This document shows, one piece after another, positions 12,016 through 23,000 of a stretch of DNA of 47,599 nt. The DNA comes from Gonapodya sp. JEL0774 (taxonomy: Eukaryota). The DNA lies in contig JADIIX010000153.1 of the NCBI GenBank assembly GCA_027604505.1, positions 1 to 47,599 on the forward strand. Reading direction: 5' to 3'. Every line of letters starts with the position of its first letter. Position 1 is the first letter of the stretch. Below the pieces are notes generated by a model. The model was not told where the DNA came from, did no database searches, and saw only the letters and a program-made list of their open reading frames with translations. The position numbers and the translations under genes are program-made.

Positions 12016-14791
12016 ATGCGCGAGACTGCGCCCTCCACGGCAGAGAAATCCTTTGTCGTCAACGCACTCAAGTCCGGTCTCAGACTCGACTTTCGCGGCC
12101 CCCACGATCTCAGACTTCTCTCAATCTCCCTCGGCCCTCATCTCGGTCACGCTGACGTCAGACTCGGGAACACTCGCGTCATCGCTCACGTCAATGCTGA
12201 CGTCACTCGTCCCTCACAATCCGACCCAAACGAAGGCTTCCTCCGTTTCTCCACCGAATGCTCCCCCATGGCTGATCAGAAATTCCATCCCTCCTCTCCC
12301 ACCTCTGACGACCAGATCCTCATTTCTCACTTGCTCGAATCAACCTTCCGCAGATCCCGCGCAATCGACACCGAGGGCCTCTGCATCGTCTCGGGCGAAA
12401 AAGTCTGGGCCATCTCAGTCGACATCCGCCTCATCGACTTTGATGGAAACGCGGTCGACGCAGCCAGTATCGCTGCCGCAGCTGCTCTCCTCCATTTCAG
12501 AAGACCCGACGTCACCGTCGTCGGGGAAGAAGTCACCATTGTGAGTATTAGTATGGCCATCGCGCGGAGTGAGCAAGGCGAACCGGAGCGAGGGCCTGAG
12601 GGCCTATCCCGGCCCAAGGGAGCGATGGTCCCGACCCAAGGGAGGAGGGAGTCCGCCGGAGGCGATTGATTTGGCCGGAGGCCAGTACGAGTCGACGGCG
12701 AGCGCCTGTCCCGACCAAAGGGAGTGGGTTCGTGGGCTCGTGCCCATGGCGCTGGTTCCAGACGCGGTGGAGGCCCGTTCCCGGCGTGCACCTCGCACTA
12801 CGCACCACGCACCACGTGCCACGAGGGCCGTTCGCTCGGGGACTCGGGATGCTCTGTGCCCGTGCCGGTCGCGGTCGCTGGTTCGCCGGGTTGACCGTCC
12901 TGTGTGCCCACCGGTGAATTGGGGCGGTTCGTCCCCGGGATGGGACGGGACGGGACGGGGACGGGGTCGTGGTCGCGGGTCGCGCGGCCACACGGGTCAT
13001 GCCGCAGACGCGACCGGACGCGGTGGACATGCATGTGTACCTGTGGAACGGTACCGTGTGGGCCCCGCGGGGTGGAACACGGTCGGTGACCCCGCTCAAC
13101 CTCACCCGACCTGGCCGCCGGCCGCCGTGGTCCACGGAGGGGGCGGCACCACCGTGGTGGCGGTGGCGGTGGAAAGCGGGAGGGGTGCGGGCAGGTCTAC
13201 TACACGACCCACCCCTCCTTGCGCGTTCGTTGCCCGTTCCGCCTCCCCCCCTCCTCACACCCGTCCTCTTCCCTCTTCCCTCCTTCCCTCCTTCCCTCAT
13301 TCCCCCGCCAACCCACACCAAAAAAAAGCACTCTCTCGAAGACCGCAATCCGGTCCCCCTCAGCGTCCACCACGTGCCCATATGTGTGTCGTTTGCGTTT
13401 TTTGAGGAGGGGTGAGTCACGAGGGGGGGGGGGGGAAGGCGTGCGAGGTGGGGTTGCGGGTGGTGGGAGGGGGGGCGCAATGGGAGGAGTAACGGAGAAA
13501 TCAGCGGTAGTGCGGAGACCGGTGCAGGTGCAGGAGAGGAGAACGCGGGAGCGCCCGTGCATGCATGGTTTCATTCCCGGCCATCCGGCATCGTGGGGTA
13601 TGGGTGTGTGGTGTATGCGCAGACCCACCCCGTGGACCCGTTGGGGCGCGGGGTGCTCCCCACCTTTCCCCTTCCCGTTTTTCCCGGTGCCCCCGTTGCC
13701 CTGTCCTGTGCCCTGTGCCCTGTGCCCTGTGCGTGTACGTGTACGTGCGCAGTGTCTGGTGTGGTGTGGTGTGGTACAGGAGGACAGGAGGACAGATGGC
13801 TCACCCGGCGATGGAACCACTCGACACGGTACCGGACCGTACCGCCGCACACATTCCAACTCGCGCAACCCGCCTATCGCTGACCCACGCTCCCTTTCCC
13901 CACCTCCCCCCGCCCACCCACCGCCGGCCCCCGCTCCCGCCCCTCCGCCCCCCCCCTTGGGCAGCACCCTCCTGTGCTTGGACCCGACCTCGCTCGAAGA
14001 ATCCACACAGACGGCATCCCTGACCGTCTCGCTGACCTCCCACCGGGAAATCTGCGCGATCCACAAATCGGGTGGCGTGGATCTGGCACCCGAAACGGTG
14101 CTGCGGTGCGCGCAGGTGGCGGCAAAGAGGGCCGCGGAGGTGGACGAGGTGGTCAGGAGGGCTGTGAGGGAAGACGAGGCGGGGAGGTGGGTACGGGTGA
14201 GGGGCCGGGGCAGGGAAGGGGGAGTTAAGGGGCAAACACGGCGGAGGGGATTGGGGGGGGATGTGGTGGTGATCTTACCGTGTTGTAGTTCCATCTTGGC
14301 TATTCTCTCGATCGTTTTCGGTGGCAATTGTTTGTCTCTGTTGGTTGCGTTTCCCTTGTGGGAGGCGAAACCGGTCCGCACCCCCATAACAACGGGGTGG
14401 GACCCGCACTCCTCCCCCTCCTACGACCGAATCACGGAGTCACGGAGCCACGGAGCCACGGAGCCACGGAGCCACGGAGCCACGGAGCCACGGAGCCACG
14501 GAGCCACGGAGCCACGGAGCCACCATCCGTAGGCGGGTGCCGGGGTGGCGTGGTGGCGGGGGGATGGGTGGCAGGATGGCGGGTCGCACCAGCTCCAAGA
14601 GCAAGTCGGAAGAAACCCCCACGCTTGCACGCACGCGACACCACCCCATATCACCCCCTGTCAAGGTTCTCAACCCGTGCTCCCCGCCTCACCTCACTCG
14701 TTCATTCACTTCCTCCCCACCACCCACTGCCAGATCCGCCAACAACTCCTCCTTCCACAGCCGAACCCGCGGCGACCGGCCCACCGTATGA
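12016..14791 (+). CDS. RRP45: Exosome RNase PH subunit Rrp45/EXOSC9; exons ~12016-12540, 13329-13411, 13965-14186, 14734-14791
   Basis: GLRLDFRG, SRAIDTEGLCIVSGEKVWAISVD, DGNAVDAASIAAAAALLHFRRPDVTV, PLSVHHVPICVSFAFF, DPTSLEE, REICAIHKSGG. Last exon tentative. Confidence 0.92.
14433..14523. repeat. 8-bp tandem repeat (CACGGAGC)x11 in RRP45 intron 3
   Basis: One variant unit plus ten perfect units, read directly. Confidence 0.97.
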
Positions 14792-15367
14792 CGTCACGGA
14801 CCCGGACCCGCGTAATCACGACCCCCGGGGCCTCCGCTCCCCTGGCCACGGATCCTGTGTATCTGTATTGGAGAATACGGGGTGGGGTACGTGTGGGGCG
14901 CGGTGGGTGGGTGGTGTGTGGTGGGGCTCGAAAGGGTTCTCAGTGGCGCGCGGGGGACGGTGTGGGGGGAGAGAGGACGGGGAGCACGGGTCACACGGAT
15001 GCCGGGAACCTCACGTACTGTACATAGCACTCTGAAGAAAATCCACGTTGGGAAAGTTCGTTTGGCACAATGTATACGGGAGTTCCCCCGACGGGGTCGA
15101 ACAGTCGTTTTTGACGGACGAATCGGCGGTCAGTCCGCCTCCGCATTCCTTCCGTCCATCATGCCCAGCCCATCCATACCTTGACCATCCATACCTTGAC
15201 ACCTTTTACCCCCTTCTACCATAGAGTGCGAAACCGAAAATATATTTAATTGTACACACGATACTCCCCCGCCCCGTCACATCCTTAAACCCAGCGAAAT
15301 TCTGGTCCCCTCCCTCCCCACCAACTCCACCCGTCCCGCCTTCCCGTTCTCCCACCGTCGCCGCGTC

Positions 15368-17861
15368 CTACACAATCACCTGATTCCCGTTCCCCGGCAC
15401 CGTCGCGGGCTTTTGCGCGGTCCCGTCTCCGTTGACCACGACGCGGTATTGGGGATGTGCGGAGCCGGTGGCGTCGGTGGGGCCTTGGACGAGTTGTTTG
15501 CGGAGGTGGAGGCTTTGGGGGGAAAGCAGGGGAGACAGGGTGGTGTGGGGACGGGGTTTGCGGGGGGAGGGAAGATGTGGAATAAGGGGGTGGGGCGGGG
15601 GCAGGGGGGGGGGGAGGGGTGCAAGGATGAGAGGGGGGAGCGGAAAGCGATTTGGTATGATGGGGGTTGGGGGGTTGCGTTTGTTTGCGTTTGTTCGCAT
15701 TGGAGGACGAAAAAACAGAGTCATGAGTGGTGGCGGGCCAGGGTACCACAATGTGCAGCAGCCCTTACTTACCGTTCGAGAAAGAGTTGTTGTCGCTGCC
15801 GCTCGATTTCTTTACGTTCCTGCTCCAAAAGGCGTTCGAGTTCTGAAGAGAAGAGAGATGGTCGGGGGGAGGGGGGGTCAAGGCGTGAACCACTGTGATA
15901 ACCCAACAATGGCGGCGGAACCCCAGCATCCCCACCGGCCCCACCGCCGCTCTGCTCCCGGCTCCACGCCATTCACTCACCCGCCACATGCTGCATCTTC
16001 ACCTGCACCTTCTTCAACTGCACTTCCATGAGCTCGTTCAACAGCCTCTGCGTCTCCCGTTCCTCGTTGTTCGCCAGAGCGTGCGCCTTGGCCGCCGCCG
16101 ATCCAAACGCAGTCACGGCCGCTCGAGCGATCGCGGTCGGACCCGTGGTGGTACTGGTCCCGCCGGCGTTGTCGTCTGAAGTGTCCATGGCGTCGGGGCC
16201 TTTGCCGGACGCGCCGCCCTCGCCCTCGCCGTCCCCGCCGCCCTCGTCCTTGGGGACAGCCTCAATGGCCGCCCGGGCGGCGGCTTTGGCAGCCCTGGGG
16301 TCCACCACGCTCGCGAGGTACGCCACCAAGGTGAGCACCGGATTCTCCGCTGCGGAGAATGGCGCGTTGGCAGCGAACTGGAGGGGTCCCAGCTCCGACT
16401 GCCTCGACCCCACAAAGGGGTCCTCGATGGGCATATCGACGAACTTGAGCACGCATTCTTCCCGCGTCCGGGTTCCCACATGCTCGGCGATGGCGTCCCA
16501 GTTGTCCTCGTACATCTCCAGACCTTCGAGGAGGAGGAGGGTCTCTTGGTCGGTCCAGGCGTCCGAGTCGGTGCTGGAGCGCTCTTCCAGGCGGATGAAG
16601 TCGCCCGAGAAGAGCGTGCTGGGGAACCGTCCTTCGAAGAAGCAGTTGGGGCACACGTCCATGTTGGGTTGCTTGGCGCAGTGGTAGCGCTGGGCCGTGC
16701 AGTCGACAGTACAGGTAGAACACGATATCTTGGGCCGTTTTGGTGGGGTGACATCCGTCGGTTCCTCCTTTGCTTCGACGCCACCCTCTGACGCGAACAA
16801 GTCCTTCCTGACCGCCAATCCGAGCGTGCTCGACTTGTCGCCACCCGCTGTCCCCGAGGTGAGAGACTGCGACGTCGAGCTGCTCTTGGTGGAAGGTTTC
16901 TTTGAGGGCAAAGACATGGCGGGGAACAAAGGCTGTAGTCCCCTTGGGGTTTCGGCGGTGATGCGAAAGTGTCCGGTGAAGGCAGGGCCGTAGGCCGAAG
17001 GTCGGCTCTCTGGGTCAGCCTAGATGGAAAGAAAAACGGAGGCAAATGTACCACAAAGAACGACATTGACCGGCCATGTATATTCCACGCAAGGTACCTG
17101 GTAGTTGATCAGGCCCCACTGTTCCAAGAAAGCGTGGACACGGATGATGGCACAGACATCTCCGGCGAGATTTCTTCGGCAGGCGGTCACTGTGAGATAT
17201 TCTGAAGGGTTGAGGCGATCTTTCGAGAGGCAGCAGCGGGTGATGTGTGACAATGGGTTTTAACTATGTGCCAACACCCGAGAAGTGGGGCTCACATGTG
17301 TTGACCATGAAGTTCCGGTAGTCGAGGTAGATGGTAGGAGTTTTGGAGCGATTTCGTGAGTTGAAGAACTCGGGGAGTGCTAGTGGGGGATGGCCAAGAA
17401 ATGCGGTTTCAATGTATGTCTCCCCGAATCGCAACTGCGATGCCAATTGGCACTCTCACCCCGTTTTTCCACTTCGTTGACACGATCCATGTGAAACCAC
17501 GCAGAATATGAAGGAATAATGATTTCGGCGGTTTGGGGAACCTTCAAATCATGCGATACCAGAGTTGACATATGGGGGAACCCATGACCAAGCAGCGAAC
17601 GATTCAAGGTACCAGTTGCCGTTTCAAAGACTCGGTGTCCACCAGCTGAGAAGCAGTTCCCACGTCTGCAGAGTCTGCGATGCCTGTGCCGTCTGTTCGA
17701 GGCTTCTTTGAGGAAGCGGCGGGTTCCTCGCCTGCGCGTTTGGCGCCAGCCAGGTTGACATTGAAATGGATTTTGTGACTTTGAGGACCGGGGGGGGGAA
17801 GGCCTTGGTCTTGGGCTGTTTCAAAGGAAGTGGGGAGTCCGGATTGTTGGTCAAGGTCCAT
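15368..17861 (-). CDS. RSC8: SWI3/RSC8/SMARCC-family chromatin remodelling subunit (SWIRM, ZZ, SANT, coiled coil)
   Basis: [73 protein letters not shown] finger [46 protein letters not shown]. Confidence 0.93.
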
Positions 17862-18015
17862 CGTATCCCGAGTGTGTTGGAGGAGGGGACAGACAAACCG
17901 CAGCCAGGCTGCACCGTGCACCCAACGGACCACAGCCACGAGTTGCTTGCTCCACATCACACAAGATTCAATCTTCCCATACCATCTTCCCTCCTTCCCT
18001 CCCTTCCCAAACCAC

Positions 18016-18626
18016 ATGTCTTCTTCTCAGGCAGTCCACTTTGTCGGCGAGGTTGTCTCTTCGGGAAAAATGATGAAGACAGTCAAGGTTCGCGTCGCAA
18101 GGCAAAGACTCCACCCTGTCGTGCTCAAGGTCAGTTCTCACTTTCACTGGGAACATGAACATCGGAACTCGTCTAGCATTCGGACTGCGATGCTGATACT
18201 TGGTCCTACCTATTTTCAACCGCATGATGTCTCGGTTACCCATCCCGTGGCATAGTGGGTCACTTACCACAAAACGTTCTTCGTTCATGGTACGCGCTGT
18301 TTTTTTATGGCACTCGTGCTCCTCTCTACCTTGCTTGACCACCCGCTCACCACTCGTGCCCGGTCGTAGATCCAGACTCCACCCTCGTCACTGGTGATAT
18401 CGTACGCATCGCCCCTTGTAACCGCATCAGCAAGCACAAGCACTTCCGCGTGGAGGAGATTGTGAAACCAGCGCAGCGATATGAGGATGTGGAAACGGGA
18501 GAGGTGTACGCGGGTATGAAAGTGCACAGGAAAAGAGATATCAGGGAGATTGGCAAGACTGCGGTGGGCGGTCCCGGCAGAGTCCTTGGAGGGAACGACG
18601 ACGGATTGAAAGTGACATTGCCTTAA
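18016..18626 (+). CDS. MRPS17: Mitochondrial ribosomal protein uS17 (3 exons)
   Basis: FVGEVVSSGKMMKTVKVRV..HPVVLK/WVTYHKTFFVH/DPDSTLVTGDIVRIAPCNRISKHKHFRVEEIV. Confidence 0.9.
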
Positions 18627-18871
18627 AAGACGGTCGCTGACATCGTTTCAAGCCACAGACACTATTATTAGACACCGACACCAAAGAAATGAGTGGATGG
18701 GGCAACCTCCCGACGTAGACGTGGATGTAGGACGATGATGTTGGACGAGGCCATGCGCAACGAGCAGAAACATAGGCTATCTGAACGATATCCTTTTTGA
18801 GAGATTCTGATACTGTAGGGGGTGCCAGTGCGGTTCCTCTAGCCAACAATATATTTTTCGAGGAAAGAAAA

Positions 18872-19975
18872 CTAGTCGCTCTTTTTACCCCCGACGCTGG
18901 ACCCTGCTTTTCCGCCAGTTGTTGCGTTGTGTAAATCGGAGAGGTCGTGATAGGCTGATAATCCAAAGGTTGACGAGTAATGTGTGGGGGTTTTCGATAG
19001 CCAAAAACGCACCTTTTTGCAGGTTCTCCGCCTGTGCTTTCATTGCTGATAGATCCTTTTGTGCCTTCTCGAGCTCCTTTTGCACCTCAGGAAGCTTAGA
19101 GGCGTCGTCGATGAACTTTTGAAGATGTTGCTGGTTTCCCGAAGCCTGCTTCCGCATGGTTTCTGCGTTTTCCTCGGATTTGACGGTGATGAGGAGGAGG
19201 GAGAGGAGTCGGCTTTGGAGTTTGGAGTTTGGAGTGAAAGCGGAGAGGGAGGGAAAAAATGGGAAGAAAAGAGTGGGGGAAAGGGGAGAGTGAGGTTAGG
19301 ACGACAACAGATTGGAGGCCACTCTTCACGTACGAGGTGACAGGGTAGAGGAACAGTGTGAAGCCGGTGAGGTAGAAGTTTCGTTGAGCTAATTGTACAA
19401 CACCAAAAAGAGATGGGGTAAGGGAAGAGTGTAAGAGGGGGAAGAGAGGAAGGTGGTGCAGTCTCGAAACACCTCTCACAGGCAAATTTCTGAATCTTAT
19501 GGTGCTCCTCATGGTGCGGATCGTGAACGTGTGAATCTTCCTTCATGAGTCCGCGTATGCTGTCTGTGAGATGATTGAAGGTGGAAGTTTGAGAGCACGT
19601 TGCTCGAATTGATCTCGAACCACGAGGATAGCGTACCGGCGAACAGAATGAGCACAAACAAGAAGAGCACCTGGTGGCAAAACGACACCCATTCATGAAT
19701 GCAAATCATGGAGTGTATCACTTTCCGCGTTTCCCTTGCCCCCGCCATTTTGACTCACCCGCAGAGTTTGCGAAATCGTATCCACGAGCGGATTCTTGTC
19801 CAGGGCCTTCAAAAGTGCTTTGCGGGCGGCGAGCGGGAGAGGGACTAGGACGAGCCCCAAAAAGACCACTTGGCGACATCGAGAAACTGTGATTTACGTA
19901 AGGGAGGAACGGGGAGATGGGATGCTTACTCTCTGTGACGAGAAGGAAGAACACGAGGTCGTAGTAAAGAGCCAT
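18872..19975 (-). CDS. BAP31/Yet-family ER membrane protein
   Basis: MALYYDLVFFLLVTEMVFLGLVLVPLP, AQRNFYLTGFTLFL, coiled coil KDLSAMKAQAENLQKAYHDL, C-terminal KKxx ER-retrieval signal GGKKSD*. Confidence 0.9.
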
Positions 19976-20089
19976 GATTGAGTTCCAGTATGCAATTGAA
20001 AGATTTGTGAGGTGTGGTCCCCGCCGGCTGCGACCCTTCATGAAACCCAAGTCAATAACGATTCACTTCAAACCACAAACGGATTCCCC

Positions 20090-23000
20090 ATGCCCGCCGG
20101 AACTGATTACGCCCCGTCAACTCCACCGGCCCTCTCCGAGCGTCTCTCGCTCTCCGCATCGGCTGTTGCGGCCCCGCTCCATCGCCCGACGACGCCAGCC
20201 GGGACCACAGCGGAGGTGGAGGTCGGGAGTCAACACGAGCTGAAACCAAAGAAACTGCTGCGGAGGCCAAAGTTGTCGGCGAATTCTTCTTCGTCCAGAG
20301 TGACATTTAAGTCGAAAAAGAATGAATCGGGTGCGGGTGGGGTTGGGGACGGGCACGAGGAGGATGGGGACACGCCGGGGACCCGAGCATCGCATCCCAA
20401 TCAACGCCCTGGGTCGGAATCGTTCTCTCTGGACAGCGGTACAAACGTGCTGGCGGCCACTGCACTGCACTCCTCTCGGAGGGCTGTCGCCCGTCCCACA
20501 GCACTTTCTCGGGCGATCGACGCCGGAAGCGAGGCGGACGCTGTTCTCAAGCGGGCCAAAGACTTCGCTGTGCCTCAGTATCGCACAAGGTCGGCGAGAA
20601 CCGCGCAGAGAAGGGAGTTTCTGAGGAAGGGGCAGCTTGTTGGGGAGAAGCTGAGGAGAGAGGCGGGTGCGGGAGCTCCATCTGGTGTTACATTTGACAG
20701 ATGGCACACTGCAGTAGCAACAGAAAGACAACCTCATACTGCGAACAAGAGCATTGGTGCCGTGGGAGTCCCAGATAGCCACGGACCTGACCTACCGTTC
20801 GTCCCGGACACAGTACAGGAGAACTTGGACCAGTACCGCCCTCACGCGGTTTCCTTTATTCCTCCGTCGATTCGACCAGACCACAATGTGTGGCCTGTCT
20901 CCAAAGAGCGGATGCAAGTCAAGGACGGCGGGACTCTCGGACTACCGCCGTTGCGAGGCTCGACACCTGGTGTCACCACTACGTATGGAGGAATGGTAGT
21001 CCGTAACGGAATCAGTGATCTAGAAAGTCGCCGCAGCGTGTCAGCCCGTGCACCGTCCCCCAACACGGTCCTCGAAGAATCTCCGGTGACAGATGCCGAC
21101 CTCGCTCTGGTGCCCGACCTCTCCACCCATCCCGAGTTTCAACCACTTCGAGCCCCCCCAGCAGCCTGGAGTGCTAATTCTATTGTGGGGATGCTGGGCG
21201 AGTTTGTGGAAAGGGTCGCGGGATTGACCGAGGAGATGATCGGTTATCAGGAGGTTTTGACCGGCCTGATTCGGGATGATAAGTCTGGTTGGGAAGGTGG
21301 CGACAAAGTACTGGACTACGCAGGCAAAGAGAGTGAGGAAGCTGGAGACAAAGGAGTGAACGCGGCCATACAGTCGTCGGATGAAACTGCGGGTGGTCCA
21401 CAAACGATGATCCAGCCAGATATGATCGACACTGTTGGCGAAACCCGTCCACTCGGAGATGATGTGGGTGCATCATGCAACGACGGTGCATCTCATGCTC
21501 GCCGTGGAGCTACCACAACCTCTGCCGGCCCGATACCCTCTTCTTCTCAATCTCCTGCCGAGGTCTTGGGCATGTCTCTTTCCGCCAGCGCACCGGCACT
21601 ATTCACGAACAATGACCATGTCTCGGAGATTTCCAAATCCGTCCCGATCGACCCCAGCGCAACATCCCTTCCTGTTGCCCCAGTACTGCCTCGCTCCGCT
21701 TTCGTACCCAATGTCTCCATTCCTTCTCATCTCGCTCAGCCTCTCTCTCAGCTCACGACTTTGCTCGCCTCCTCTCTTGACCGTGCCCACCACGCCGACC
21801 GCGTCGCTGTCGCTCGAGCTGTGCGCAAATATGGTACGGCGTATTTACACACGGGAATACCAGTTGAGAGAGAGCAAATTGATGTGAGCTGCGTGCGGGG
21901 TTGGGAAGCGGTTGCGGCAGCGGTAGGGGTGAGGCTGGTCGATGTTGGGGATGGGTGGGACACGGAGTGCCTTGGTGGCAAAGAGGAACAAGATAATACA
22001 AAGCACACGTCGAGTGGATCAAAGGAGGTAAGAAGGGCTGATAGTAAGTTTAGGGACGAAGGATGGGTGATGGCGCCGTCGAGAGGTGCGAGTGCAGAGA
22101 TCATTCGGCTCAAGGACAAAGGTCCACCATCAACTCAGTGGCTTCGCCAAGATCGCGGTCAGTGGCCGTCGTTCGTGTCAATACCATTCGTTAAAGACTC
22201 TTCTGTGACGCCGCAACCACCGACGACTCTACCGGCGCTACGTGCTCTCGTCCACCCGCCCGAGGTCCTCTTCTCGTCATTTTCACCAGGCCAACACCTC
22301 TCCCTACCTCTTCGAGTTGTCAACACATCCCCTATTCCACTTACCATCCACGTCCGCCACGTGATACCACCGACTGTGGACGTGCCTTCTCGGTTTCGAA
22401 TTTCATCCACCTCGACGTCGGTGTCATCGTCGGGCGCGACAGCTCCCGGGATGGCGGCCGGATTCCGAATTCATTTCTCACCGAAACACTGGAGACGCGT
22501 TGAAGAACGTTTTATAGTGCTGGGATGGAATGCCTCTGCAGCGGCGGGTTGCGAGGCTGGTGGGAGAGTGAGTGGGCCGGTTGTTGCAGAATCTCCGCTT
22601 GTAGTTGGGGGAAAGAACGAGGCAGCACGGTTGAGAATTCGAGGGGCAGAGGAGGTCTTGGACATGGGAGCAGTGAGGGAGGAATTGGCGGGAAGAGAGC
22701 AAAGACGGCAGTGGACGATCGTGAACGAAGGAGGCACCGCTAGGGTTCTGGTGGTAAGGGAGGATACTGCGATGGATAATGAGTCTTTGGATCAAATGTT
22801 TTGTGGAGAACCGGCGGAATGCTGGGATGCCGAGGGGAAAGTGCAAGTCGGAAGTTTCACCCTTGGACTATCAACCACTCATCTGGCACAGGAGTCGTCG
22901 TGCTCTCTACGTGTGACATATACGCCCCAAATTTTGGATGGAGACTCCCTCTCCCGGGACGATGTTGCTCCATTCAAATTGCTCTGCTGCGACGGAACTG

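Noticed and set aside
14338..14375. Hammerhead-like stem + CGAAAC
   Set aside because: No CUGANGA core.
14433..14523. Regular repeat array as possible CRISPR or peptide repeat (TEPRSHGA)
   Set aside because: No spacers, 8-bp unit, intronic: a simple tandem repeat.
10300..15200. Many long overlapping ORFs (up to 437 aa) on both strands
   Set aside because: Artefacts of very high GC and low complexity. The real coding parts are the QCR9 and RRP45 exons.
18788..18850. ATATCCTTT U12-type donor motif
   Set aside because: Lies in convergent 3' UTRs with no matching TCCTTRAC branch site; probably chance.
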